Positions 18,895 to 30,900 of a stretch of 64,000 bases of DNA are shown in pieces. Each line of letters begins with the position of its first letter. The first letter of the stretch is position 1. The DNA is from a virus. Lineage: Duplodnaviria; Caudoviricetes. The DNA is taken from the IMG/VR virus record IMGVR_UViG_3300020420_000671; one strand, given 5' to 3'. Under the pieces are notes generated by a model. That model was not told the DNA's origin, ran no database searches, and worked only from the letters and a program-made list of their open reading frames with translations. The translations under genes and the position numbers were made by a program.

Positions 18895-20370
18895 TTACAA
18901 CTTTAAAATACATTCAACTAAAGTTTCTTCATGCCTGTCATTGCTTTCTAACGCTATAGCAATCATGTCTCCGTTTCCGTCAACACTTGCTGTTCCGTTT
19001 TCCGCAACATATACAGCTTCCCCTTTATTTACCGGACCTGTAATTCTTACTGGCACTCTTCCGACTAAAGCCACTGCTTGACCCTCAGCCTCTGAATTCA
19101 TCAAATAAGCTGGCTTTGTACTAATGACTCCTATACACATTGCGTCACCTTCCGCCGCTGTAGCTTCTTTTTCTCCACCTATCATCATAAGTGTGCCTAC
19201 TGGATATTCTATATCAGTAGCATATTTCTCTGCCAAGTCAGCGTATCTAGCTTGAGTTGAAATACCATTAAACACATTTGCCGCTAAATTTCCGCTTGAA
19301 TCTCTAACAGCTACAGTATTATTAGTAGCACTTGTATCACCTGTTCTAAAGTTACTGCCTACTTGTAAATTTGTAGCGTTTGTTGCCAATCCAATAAAAG
19401 ATGTAGCATACATAGCCCTAAACTTATAGTTATTATCACCTATGTCATAGGTCGTTGTAGCTGTGGGAATAAGTCCTGCCGCCTGTACGTGGAATGGTTC
19501 TGTAGTTACTCCTCCACTTGATTTTACTTTGAACCTTATTTTTTGCCCAACAGTATTATCTATGACTGCTTCGTCACCACTTCCTGCTGTATCTATCTTT
19601 ATAGCTAAATCGTTAGCATCACCAATAGTCAATCCAGAATCTGTAAATCTAACAATACTGTTAAAGTTTGCCGCACCTGATAACGCATAGTCACTAGCAG
19701 GCAATCCGTTTAATTTATCTGCGTTTGTGGCTGTACCATAAAATCTAAATGCTCCACTTGTAACTCCGTCAGTGCCTGAAGTTGTATTTCTAAGTGTTAC
19801 ACCTTGTCTTACAACATCAAAACCTGTAATGACGTTTTGTGGATCAGTAGAGTCAATTGTAAATTCTGAATTACTAATAATGAATACAACGCCATCTTCT
19901 ACAGTACCTTTAATAATTGTTCTGTTGTTTTGGCTTGAATCTCTTACCTGCCCAGTTACCATTGCTGAAACTGTAGCACCAATACTTTGTGGACCAATTA
20001 AAACAAATCCACCGTTGGCGTTTTGTGCGTATAGTTGGTTGTTGCCACTATCCCACCAAAAATCACCAGTTGTTAATCCTACAGGCTGTGTTGAACTTAC
20101 TTCTGCTCCGCCTGTTGATCTAAATTTTGTACCATCGTAAAACTTTAACTTGCTACCAGCACTATCAAACCAAATTTGACCTGTTAAAGGTGATGCTGGT
20201 TGATTAGCACTTGAAAAGTTTTCAAGTAAATGTACAAAGTTTTCGTTCTGTATTTCTCCGTAGCCGGCATAATTCTTACCAACTAGCTTAAGAGATGTGC
20301 TTTGATCAATAGTACCATCTTCAACAGTTGCTAACTGCGATCCGTTTGTTAAGTTTATTACGTATGCCAT
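18895..20370 (-). CDS. Tail fibre protein with C-terminal intramolecular chaperone/auto-cleavage-like domain
   Basis: Shared MAYxIN...GKNYAGYGE..NENF.HLLENF N-terminus; C-terminal YADLAEKY...GVISTKPAYLMN...VALVGRVPV. Confidence 0.7.
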   Translation of the reverse strand: MAYVINLTNGSQLATVEDGTIDQSTSLKLVGKNYAGYGEIQNENFVHLLENFSSANQPASPLTGQIWFDSAGSKLKFYDGTKFRSTGGAEVSSTQPVGLTTGDFWWDSGNNQLYAQNANGGFVLIGPQSIGATVSAMVTGQVRDSSQNNRTIIKGTVEDGVVFIISNSEFTIDSTDPQNVITGFDVVRQGVTLRNTTSGTDGVTSGAFRFYGTATNADKLNGLPASDYALSGAANFNSIVRFTDSGLTIGDANDLAIKIDTAGSGDEAVIDNTVGQKIRFKVKSSGGVTTEPFHVQAAGLIPTATTTYDIGDNNYKFRAMYATSFIGLATNATNLQVGSNFRTGDTSATNNTVAVRDSSGNLAANVFNGISTQARYADLAEKYATDIEYPVGTLMMIGGEKEATAAEGDAMCIGVISTKPAYLMNSEAEGQAVALVGRVPVRITGPVNKGEAVYVAENGTASVDGNGDMIAIALESNDRHEETLVECILKL

Positions 20371-20394
20371 CTATAACCCCTAATATGTTATATG

Positions 20395-20402
20395 TATTTA
20401 TA
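20395..20402 (-). promoter_or_regulatory. Late promoter (perfect TATAAATA)
   Basis: TATAAATA 24 nt upstream of ATG 20370. Confidence 0.65.
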
Positions 20403-22233
20403 TTAAATTGCCCGGAGTTAGGTCTTGTACATAACCCCAGCTACCCCCATTTATCCTAAATAATTTCAAAGATCTTTGTACTGTAGATGTAATAGCACCA
20501 GTAACATCGTTAAATGTTGCGTCTCCTATTACTGATACACTACCGCTATCACTTCCACCACCGTCTAATTGTTGTACAACTACTAAACTTTTGTTGAAAC
20601 TTGCGTTCAAGTTTGCCGCTGACAGCGTTGCTGTAGCGCCAGTTGTTGCTGTACAGTGAACTCTTGCTTCACAGCCTTCTACTTTACCTCCAGCTGGAGC
20701 AATATCTTGTATAATTGTTGCTATATTTGTATTTAAATTACTGCCTGTTCCTAATCCCGTAATATCTAAAGCTAAAGCAATTACTTCAGTACCTATTGCT
20801 GTATCTACATAGTTTTTTGTTGTTACATCTGTCGTTCCTGTGGGATCTGATACTCCAGTAATTTTTCTCGGAGTAACAAAATTCATGTTGCCTGCTAGTG
20901 TAAGATTAAGTCCATTTCCACTACCGTCAACAACTCCTGTGCTTACTCCTATACCGCCGGTAAAGCTGATATTTCCTATATTAGCAGTAGTCAAATTACC
21001 AATGGATGTAATACCTGGAGCATCTGTACCACTGATAATAGTAACACCATTAAATTTTAATCCACCAGTTCCGGTAAAGTTAATACTATTTCCTGTCGTC
21101 CATGCGTTACTAGCCTGTCTCCATAAAAATTCTTTGTCGCCATCTGAAGATTTTACTATAATACCAGCAGAATCTACCTGTGTATCGTTAAGTAAAGTAC
21201 TATCAGAACCTAATCCAAGTTCAATATTCTTATCTTCAACTCTTAATGTAGCCGAATCAATAGTTGTAGTTGAGCCTGAAACTGTTAAGTCACCTGAAAT
21301 TTTCATATCGCCAGCGACATCTAATGTAGCACTTGGACTTGAATTGTAAATACCTACTCTATTGTTTGCTGAATTAATTGTCACAGCATCTCTTTTTCCT
21401 AAGCTGGTTGTCATTCTAATAATGTAGTTTTCTCCACTAACATTATTTTCTGATACAACACCCAGGTTTGTTACTTTCAATACATTGTTGTCTGTTAATC
21501 CAACTGTAAGTCCATTGTTGTTTCTAATTGATAAAGCACCACTTGTAGAATCATCTGAATCACTAGCTAAAAACTGTGCGGCCGTTCTAACAACACCTTG
21601 TGAATCAACAAGTGATGATGTTCTTGAAGCTGTACCAGCATACACAAAGTCTGCGTCAACAACATTAAATCCTTTTACAACATTTCCTGTAAAGCTAGGA
21701 ATAGTATCTATGTTCTGTGGTGTAAATCCAATCTTACTCCATAAACCAACAAGTGTACCTCCAACCCAATACTTTACAATGGTTCTGCTTGTACCTGTGT
21801 TATCAAGTACAGTAACAACCTGTGGACCTGAACGTCCTTGGAAAGCATTGTATATTGGACCTGCTAATTCTAAATCTGTACCATCATAAAAATATAGTTG
21901 GTTTTGTTCGTTATTAATCCACAAGTCACCAGCAACCATTGATGGTTGGCTTGATTGTACAATAGGTCCACCACCTGTTGTCCAAGCTGTTCCTGTGTAA
22001 ACTTTTAATCTAGATGTTGCTGTGTCCCACCAAATTTGTCCTGCTAAAGGTGTACTTGGTGCTGAAGAATTAGCAAAGTTTTCAAGCATGTGAAGAAAGT
22101 TTTCATTAATAGCTTCACCAAATCCTGAATAGTTTTTACCAATTAATGATATGTCAGTGGTTGTAGTATCTATTTGTCCGTCTGCTAAATTTACAAGCAA
22201 CGTACCACTAGTTTTGTTTATTTGATATGCCAT
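20398..22233 (-). CDS. Tail fibre protein, paralog 2
   Basis: Same N-terminal module; RVGI...P.ATLDVAG fibre motif; DVTTKNYVD repeat. Confidence 0.7.
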   Translation of the reverse strand: MAYQINKTSGTLLVNLADGQIDTTTTDISLIGKNYSGFGEAINENFLHMLENFANSSAPSTPLAGQIWWDTATSRLKVYTGTAWTTGGGPIVQSSQPSMVAGDLWINNEQNQLYFYDGTDLELAGPIYNAFQGRSGPQVVTVLDNTGTSRTIVKYWVGGTLVGLWSKIGFTPQNIDTIPSFTGNVVKGFNVVDADFVYAGTASRTSSLVDSQGVVRTAAQFLASDSDDSTSGALSIRNNNGLTVGLTDNNVLKVTNLGVVSENNVSGENYIIRMTTSLGKRDAVTINSANNRVGIYNSSPSATLDVAGDMKISGDLTVSGSTTTIDSATLRVEDKNIELGLGSDSTLLNDTQVDSAGIIVKSSDGDKEFLWRQASNAWTTGNSINFTGTGGLKFNGVTIISGTDAPGITSIGNLTTANIGNISFTGGIGVSTGVVDGSGNGLNLTLAGNMNFVTPRKITGVSDPTGTTDVTTKNYVDTAIGTEVIALALDITGLGTGSNLNTNIATIIQDIAPAGGKVEGCEARVHCTATTGATATLSAANLNASFNKSLVVVQQLDGGGSDSGSVSVIGDATFNDVTGAITSTVQRSLKLFRINGGSWGYVQDLTPGNLI

Positions 22234-24323
22234 TAGCCCCCAACTCCTGAATAAATTATATATTTGACTGTCAAGAAAGGATTTAACACATTGAAAGGTG
22301 TGCCTAATTCTGAAATATCAAAAGTTTCAAATTGTTCTAATCCTGTATTTTGATTATAAGTAATATTTCTTCTATTCAACAATCCTCCCGAAGAAGTTCT
22401 AGCCTGTCCTGCTTGGTTTCCTGTAGGAGCATCATATACTATTGTATCAGCATCTTGTGGAGTACCACTGTCATCTAAAATTACATAAAATTGAGCACCT
22501 TTTGGAGAACGTAAATCGTGTTCGTGTTCTGGTAAGTTCTTCACATCAATTGCTCTACTTTCAACTCCAGATGCTAATCCTACTGTATCAGCATTTACGT
22601 CTGTAACTCTGTTAGCACTTGTGCCTCCCATGTTGTCAGCACCTAATGGAAATCTGCCTCTAAAATCAGGCAATCCAAAAAATCCTGAAGCAACTTGGCT
22701 TTGATCTTTAAATTGAAACTGTATAGCATTGTATAAAGAAAGATAGTCTGCTATTCTCTGTTCGCTACCATCACATAGTAACCAGCCTGCTGGAAGATTC
22801 ACACCACCAAATGGAACTATTGTTCCTATTGGAATAACTGGAACACTACTTACTAGAGCACTTTGTGAAATCTTAAATACACCTGTTGAATCTCCAGATA
22901 CTCTGTTTATTATTACTTCATCATCTTGTCTTGGAGCGGTAGCTAAAGTTTTATTAGCAATAAATGTATTACTAATAGCTGTTGTAAATACTTTTGTTGT
23001 ACCGCCTGTACTACCATCAAATGTAATTTGATTTGAACTTACATCACCTGACAATTGGAAAGTTGACGCTGTAGTTAACTTATTAGCATTTGCTGATCCA
23101 CCTGTAACTGTACCTGTTACGTTACCAACAATATCTCCTCTAAACTGCACAGCATGAACTGTTTGCCATCTTTTGTCTGATGATCCTAAATTATAAGTTT
23201 GTGTAGCACTAGGTTCTATTGAAGCAGACGTTGTTGTTCCTGCTATATTAACATTATTTCCTACCCAAAGTTTTTTAGCAATTCCTACACCACCTGAAAT
23301 TTTTACTGAGCCAGTTCCTATACTAGAACTATCTGTTGTACCTTGTATAATTAAGTTTGTACTTGCTTGTATAGAACCTGCTACATCTAATGCTTCTGCT
23401 GGAGTAATTGTGTTAATACCTACTTTTTCAGTTGAATCTATTCTTAATACGTTTTTCTGTAAACCGTCGTCATTTTTAATTTTAAAATCTAATGGAGCAC
23501 CTTGTGTCTGGTTAACCATCTGTCCTGTACCGTTACTTACAGCTATATCGATAGTATTTGTTACTCCTATTCTTAGTCCTTTATCATTACTAATAATTAA
23601 TTGTTCATTTGTTGTACTGGAAACATCACTTCTTAAAAATTTACTTGCCGCTACAGGAAGTTCATTTGCGGATACAACAAGATTCTCAGCCTTTTCTGCT
23701 GTTCCATAATACTTGCCTATTCCTGCTCCTGAAATATTAGCGGTTGATAAGTTCAACCCTGGTTGAATAATTGAAAATCCTACGATTGTACTTTTAGGTG
23801 AAAATGATCTAGTTGAATAAATTGCTATAGGATTACCTTGTACTTCTATTTGAAGGACTGTATAATTGACTTCGTCTTTACCTGTAACTGTTGTTGGTTT
23901 TGCTCCTGTAAGTAAACCATCACTGTACTCAGGACCAACTAAAGTCCAAGCACTTCCTGTAAAAATATATAACTGGTTGTTATCTGTATCAGCCCATAAA
24001 TCTCCTGTAAGAGAAGATGCTACTGCTGGAGCATTGTTTCCTTTTTTAAGTCCTCCAGCATTTACCCATGATGTTCCGTCATAAAGTTTTAAACTGTTTA
24101 CTCCTGTAGATGTATCATACCAAAGTTGTCCTTGTATTGGATTTCTTGGAGCGGCTGTGTTAGAAAAGTTTTCTAGTAATTTTAAAAAACTCTCTGCTAT
24201 CACAGAACCATAGCTTGTTGTATTTCTACCAGGAATATCCAAACTTGTTGTTTGGTTGATTGTACTATCTTCTATTGAAATAGTTCCTTTGTTTGAGTCT
24301 GAATAATTAATTAAATAAGCCAT
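22233..24323 (-). CDS. Tail fibre protein with tail-collar domain (gp12-like C-terminus)
   Basis: Same N-terminal module; PIGTIVPFGG...PAGWLLCDG...FGLPDFRGRF collar motif. Confidence 0.8.
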   Translation of the reverse strand: MAYLINYSDSNKGTISIEDSTINQTTSLDIPGRNTTSYGSVIAESFLKLLENFSNTAAPRNPIQGQLWYDTSTGVNSLKLYDGTSWVNAGGLKKGNNAPAVASSLTGDLWADTDNNQLYIFTGSAWTLVGPEYSDGLLTGAKPTTVTGKDEVNYTVLQIEVQGNPIAIYSTRSFSPKSTIVGFSIIQPGLNLSTANISGAGIGKYYGTAEKAENLVVSANELPVAASKFLRSDVSSTTNEQLIISNDKGLRIGVTNTIDIAVSNGTGQMVNQTQGAPLDFKIKNDDGLQKNVLRIDSTEKVGINTITPAEALDVAGSIQASTNLIIQGTTDSSSIGTGSVKISGGVGIAKKLWVGNNVNIAGTTTSASIEPSATQTYNLGSSDKRWQTVHAVQFRGDIVGNVTGTVTGGSANANKLTTASTFQLSGDVSSNQITFDGSTGGTTKVFTTAISNTFIANKTLATAPRQDDEVIINRVSGDSTGVFKISQSALVSSVPVIPIGTIVPFGGVNLPAGWLLCDGSEQRIADYLSLYNAIQFQFKDQSQVASGFFGLPDFRGRFPLGADNMGGTSANRVTDVNADTVGLASGVESRAIDVKNLPEHEHDLRSPKGAQFYVILDDSGTPQDADTIVYDAPTGNQAGQARTSSGGLLNRRNITYNQNTGLEQFETFDISELGTPFNVLNPFLTVKYIIYSGVGG

Positions 24324-24934
24324 TATTCATTAAATCCTGTCAAGCTCTGTACTCTGACTGTGTAGTCAATTTGTACCAATCTGTTTAAACTTTTTTGTAC
24401 AGGATGGAATACCACATGCGTAAGTAATCTTCCTGTGCCTGCGGCATTGTAACTAACAAGTCCTAGCTCATCAAAAACATATAAACTATTACTGTTAGTG
24501 GCATTATCAACAGCATCTTGGCCAGTTGGTTCACCGTAGTCTAGTAAACATGTAACTAGTATGTCTGTATAGTTTGTGCCACTTACGTGTCTTGATTCAA
24601 TCTTATTTCTAGCAGGGTCTGTGTTGTTAACACTTCTATCATCTACTACCTTAACAAAAGTTTGATTATAAAGACTTGCGTTAGTGCCTGTGGAATTTGG
24701 TGTAAGGTATGTAATTATACCCGTTGGATCAATGCTTGTACCACCATTTCCAAATGCCATCTGATATATGAATCCTTCACCAGCGTTTCCTAAACTTTCT
24801 GCTAGTGAAATACTCATATTTTCATAATGGATAGCATTACGCTTATCAACAATAATCTCACCATTAGTTGGGTCAAAAATCTTGATATGCCCTTGTAAAA
24901 GCACCCCGTTATCTTCTTTGAAATTGTCTATCAT
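24323..24934 (-). CDS. Baseplate/tail-fibre attachment protein
   Basis: MAFGNGG, FDELGL...LLTHVVFHPVQKS pattern resembling fibre-anchoring baseplate proteins; located between giant protein and fibres. Confidence 0.45.
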   Translation of the reverse strand: MIDNFKEDNGVLLQGHIKIFDPTNGEIIVDKRNAIHYENMSISLAESLGNAGEGFIYQMAFGNGGTSIDPTGIITYLTPNSTGTNASLYNQTFVKVVDDRSVNNTDPARNKIESRHVSGTNYTDILVTCLLDYGEPTGQDAVDNATNSNSLYVFDELGLVSYNAAGTGRLLTHVVFHPVQKSLNRLVQIDYTVRVQSLTGFNE

Positions 24935-24952
24935 ATCACTTTCCTACAACTG

Positions 24953-24958
24953 TATTTA
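24953..24958 (-). promoter_or_regulatory. Late promoter
   Basis: AATAAATA 18 nt upstream of ATG 24934. Confidence 0.55.
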
Positions 24959-27900
24959 TTTTGGTAGCTCCACCTTTTCCGCCTTAAAGAAACGTGCTAC
25001 CAAACTTTCCGCATCATTTAAGGATTGTCCGCTGTCTGTCCATAGTGTACCTGTGCGTCTAATGACTTGTATTTTAGCTAAATTTGCCGGTGTATTGGTC
25101 AAAGTAAGCTGATTTGTTGTCCCATCAACACTAAATTGGGCAGGTGATGTTATATCTGCTTCAGGAGAATCCTGATTTCTTGTAACATCGAACATCTGTA
25201 TACTAGTTTTTCTAAGTCTCTTGCCAGCTACAAATACTTCGAATTCATTTACTGAACTAGGCGTAAATGATAATTCATATACACTAGTGGAGCCATCTCC
25301 TACAAAATCTTCCGTTATTGTTGTATCAGCGTATGGTGCTGTCTGTTGTAATCCTTGATTATATACATCACTACCAACCGGATGTACATCTGGTGCTCCT
25401 GTACCTAATGTAGCTCTTTGTAACTGCTTTAAAACATTACCTTGTTTTATTAAGAAAGTTATCCTTTCGCCATTAATAAACAATATTCCTGGTATTCCGC
25501 TGTTTTTATCTGGAGCACTAATTGTACTAGCATCTATTAAATTAATTTGTTTATCTGTAACTTTAAGTTCTTCAGCAAGTTTTAATGGCGCAACGTCACC
25601 AAGCCTTTTGTAAATGTTTCTATTAAGAATATCTTTAAATTGACTAAAACCAAATTTAGGTGTAAGGGGACCATCTGAACTGTATTGAATTATTTCGACA
25701 ACATCATTATCTACTAAATTATTATTATACTTAACAAATTTTTTGTCATCTGTTAGGTAATAATCAACACTAGGTGTTTTTAGTTCGCCGTTGACTATAA
25801 ACCAAATATATTGAGCATCTATGGCTGTTTTTCTAAGTTCAACTAATCCTGCCTTAAGATGATTGTATTGTATGTGGTCTTCACTTCCAACTGCTAAAGT
25901 TGATCTCGCTATTACATCAAAATTTTGTCTTTCAAAATCTTGTACATCGTGCTTACTGTATGTTGTGATTTTTACTGTTTCTCCTACAGCAGGCGCTACA
26001 TCTAGTTTTAGTATTCCAGGTGTTTCTACCCAAGTGTTTTGATTGTCGATTACTTCAACTGCTCCAAAAGCATATTCGCCATCATCTCTAATGTAAACTT
26101 CTAATATATCTCCTGGTTGTCCTATACCTGGTTCAAGAATAATACTACTATTGGCTGGACGTATGTTAAATTCTGTAGCAATTTTTAATTCTGTTCCATT
26201 TAGTATAGCCAATACATTGGAGTTATCAAAACTTCCAATAGGTGTTTGCCATATTTCTAAAAAGTATTCAGACACCCCTGCTTGGACTGTAAATTGTTGA
26301 TTATACCCAGCATTAAGTATTTTGTTTCCTACTTGTACAACAACGTTATGTGTGTGCGGAATAGCAGAGTATGGTGTTTTTTCCAAAGTAAAGTTGAGTG
26401 TGCTACCGTCTCCAGTAAATTCTTGTGTTTCTATTTTACTATAACTTTGAACTTTGTCATATACAGCAAAATTAATTACACTTCCATCTCTTGGAGCTCT
26501 ACCAAATACAATTACTGCTTTAGGATCTTCAATCGCACTATCTTCACTAGATACTAATACCGATTGTACTTCTTTTCCGTCTACGGTAGCAATATAATCT
26601 AGTTTTGTTGTCCAGTGAGCTTTTGTTTTAAATTGTGTGGTACAACCGTCACCAGTGAATTCATCAAACTCAACAATATTTTCTCCATTACCGCTTACAC
26701 TTATAATATTTACTGACGTACCATTTGTTGGCGTAGCATTCAATCTAACCGTTTTATTTTTGTAATCTACTGTATATGCTGTAGGTGCCTGTGTAATTCT
26801 ATTCAATCTTACATACAATCCATTTTCACTTTGTGGTTGAATTCCAAAACCAAAGTCTACTGTGTTACCGTCAGCATTATAACAATTACTACTTAATAAA
26901 CTACCACCCTGTTCTGGTCTGTGAAACACTTTGATATCAACCGTATCTAAAACTTGTCCTGGAACCTGTTCTTCTGGTCCTTTGCTTGTTGTAGGAGTTA
27001 CAAAGCCGTCACCATCTATAATTATTTCTTCTGGATTTATACCTTTAGCTGTACTAAACTGTAAATCACCGCCACTTAATATAGTATCATAAGATCTTGG
27101 ATCAGGTAAGAAAGAACCATCTGAAGTTGTTTTTCTAAATACAACTACATCATTTGCTTTAAACTTCTGAATATCATTAGTTATGGTAATAGTAGTTTGT
27201 GTACCATTGCCTGTGATACTACTCATTACAGCATTTACGTTTGTTTGTGATGCGGTGCCAAAATTAGGATCATCAATTCTTTTGCCGTTTAGATACACGT
27301 TATACACAGCATTATTTTCTAAAGGTTTGCTAAGAGTGAATACTTCAGTGCTTCCATCCATTTGAAATATTTCATCATCAAATGTAGTATCAAACGTATC
27401 ATATGTTGTTGTGAACCAACCATCTGAATCCCAACCAGTACCTGTGCCAAAGCTATAACTGCTTACTTCAACTCCACCATAATCAACCCCGTCTAATATC
27501 TGACCTAAATCATTTCCAAACATACCAGTCGTTGGGTTGTAGTAAAAATTAATTCTGTCCTGGGCTTGTAAAAGCTCTGCGGATTTATTATATGTTATTA
27601 CAACACTTTTACTTGCTGTCTGAGGTTCTGTAAAAAATATTCTTCCATATTTTCTCAGATATCCTTTGGTGGTATCTGATTTGTTTTCAAATGTATATTC
27701 ACTTCTTAATGCTTCCAATCCATCTACCGTTACTGTAATTTGTGTGTTCTTTAATTGCATTGGCCATTTTAAATCAAATATTTGTTGATTTGAACTAGTT
27801 GTAAATGTTTCTGACGTAGATAACTGACTAAACAAATATGTGCCTGTTACTCTATCAAACTTACATCTTAGATGAGTTGATCTAGCTTTCCCTCCACCTA

Positions 27901-30900
27901 ATACTGGACTTAATCTAGCAGGTGTACCCCCGTCTTGTAAAGTGCCTTCTAATGTTATAGTTGGTTGTGAAAGATATCCTGAGCCTGTGCTATTAACTTT
28001 TACAGCAGTAATCTTACCGTCGGTACCTATAAACGCTGTAGCTTTTGCTCCTGAGCCACCACCACCTGTAATTTTAATTATAGGAGCATCTAAATAACCT
28101 GATCCAGTGTCTGCTATGTTTAGACTTTGTAATTCAAAACCTATATTTTCTGCCCAATGTTTACTAGGATATTTTGTTATTTCAGAAAATCCACTTTCGA
28201 TCTTGTTATCAATAACTTGTATTGATTGTGGTGTAATTCTACCTTCTAACTCATTGTATACTGTAGGTAAATCAAAGTCAGTAACAACAGTAGAACTAGG
28301 ATCTGTTTTTTCATACGAGCTTAAATATTCTCTAACTTTTGTTCTATATGGCTTCACTTCGTTTATGTAAGATTCATAACTTGGTAGACTATCATTTTTA
28401 AAAGTAATACGTTGATCTAGTTCTCCTACATTGTGTTTGGCTTTTATAAAACTTGTTTTGAACGCCCAATCAACATTTGGTTGTTCAGTGAACACATATC
28501 TTAATCCAGCAAAGAAACATTCGTTCCAATGTTTAAGCAAGTCATCCACAAAGATATTATTTTCTAATATTCCTATTATTAAACGCATCTCAGCAACAGG
28601 CTCAGTGTCATAAAATATCTTATCAAATCCACTACCATCATATGCTATATTTTCATTTGTTACATCATACAAAGAATTTTTAAATTCAATAGTTCCGTTT
28701 TGTCTTCCTATAGTTTTATAGTTGATAGTATAATCTTCAGTATCTTGATTATCTTCTTTTTCTAAAAGTAACCAACCACCTGTTCCTACATTATTAATTT
28801 TGACCACATCACCTATTTTATCTCCTAAACCATACAATTCATAACTACTTGTAATTGTATAATTGATAGGAGTAAAACTATTATAATCTGTTTCATACCA
28901 ATCAATATACTGCCAGTAAGCATTGACATCATATGCTTGAGTTAATGTTCTTAACCATTCAGTACCATCCCAAGCAAATACAGCCCATTTACCTCCTACT
29001 GTTTCATCTGTCTTCGCTAGTACACTAAACTTTCTAACTTCAATAGTTGGAGACACATAGTTTGTTCCTCCATTAACGATGTTAACAGCAGAAATACTAC
29101 CATCGGTGGCAAGTACAAAACTTAATTCGGCACCTGTTCCTGTAGTATCTTTTATTTTGTAAGTAGGTGAATTAATGTATCCTTTACCAGCATCATTGAT
29201 TAACACATTTATAATGGTACCGTTTTCTACTTCTAAGGTCAAACTTGCTTGTTTTACATTAGCAACACTAATAAATCTTAATTCAGCAAACGTATCCGAT
29301 GTAGTATCGTATATTCCTGAAACACTTGAAGGTTGTGGATCTACTGAATTCAAACCAGATAAGTCTTTGTTGTCAACAATTAATTGTGTTTTTAAAATTT
29401 TGTTGACACGCTCTGTAAATTGTTTTCTTGCTTCAGTTCTATTAACAAACCAGCTTTGTCTTGGTTCATTTAAATTTCCATATTTTTGTCTTATTGGTAA
29501 ATCTTCGTCTGGTACTGGTCTGTCGTTTACATCAAAGCCAACTAAACTGTCAATCCATTTTTGCTTTATTGTGTTGTTAGGTATACTTGTTTCTAAACCA
29601 TCGGAAATTATTTGATATTCATTATGAACGTTTTGTTCTTGATTGTCTATTGTCCACCAATTGAATGTAATTCCAACATCTTTATCCTTGATCAAACTTG
29701 AACAATTATATAATGAAAATCTATTGTTTCCTAAAGGTGCTATAAATCGCACACCTTGTTGTGCTGGGGCTGTAATTAATCTACCTACATCTAAAGCTGT
29801 TGTTTTTCTTGTAGTATCACTTGGTAGTGTTGCCTTGTCTTTTACCCAATAGTAATAATTATTTGAAAAAGTTTGCGAGGCCGAATCATAAATTCTTCTT
29901 GTACTATATGCTGAATCTCCATATTTCGTTGTACCACTGATACCGTTTGATAATCCTTCTTCTGTTCCTGTTTGTGAATCCCACTCACTTGGAAGTAGAT
30001 CACTTTGAACCCACTCATATACATCAGCTGTAGTGCCAGAAAATAGTGTATTGAAGTTAGCAGTGGATTCTAAAATATCTCCTTGATGATGATTAATAAA
30101 TCTAGCACTTCCAATATCCCACCAAATTTTTCCTACCCATTTGTCTGCTGTATAGTCAAGTGTGTCTAATGTAGTTCCTGAAGCAGTAGCTACACTATAT
30201 TTTGCCGGATCATAGGATACCTTAAATGTAATTTCCTGTTCAGCAGTTCCAGCAATTTTTCCTTGTAAAGGATCAATATAATCTAAGTAAGTAACTAGTC
30301 CATTGGTTGTTTTATCAAATAAATTAATTCCTTTTAATTTTTCTACATCAATAGGTACAACAGGTTGGCGACCTATTGTCCAAGAAGTACTGTTTACAGC
30401 TTTTCTGTACTCAGCAACTAATCCTCTATCTACTGTATTATTCGAAAGTATTTGTTGTTTAGGTAATCCCAAATACACATGATTATCTTTTACTAGCATA
30501 ATACTTCCAAAGTCTTGCGTATCTTTATCATAAGCAAAATCTTGTCCGTATAGCAAACTATTATTAACTGTTTCATATATGCTTACTAATCCGCTATCAT
30601 TGTCAATAACCTTGAAAGGAGTATTACCATTATCAAAAATTGTTGTATCTTGATCAAGAGTTGTAACTCTTTCAAGATCTCCTCCTCTTGAAGCTATAGC
30701 TAAAGTATTACCATCAAAGTCTAGTTTACTTCCAAATCTAGTATTAGATGTTCTGTCAATTGGTCTTAAAGTTTGATTTAAGCTAAAGTTGCCGTCAGTT
30801 CCTTGAAGATATATGTATACTGCTCCGCCTCTAATATCTCTTGTACTGTTATCCGGAGCACCAACTGCTATTTTCTTACCATCATTGCTAATCGCTATTG

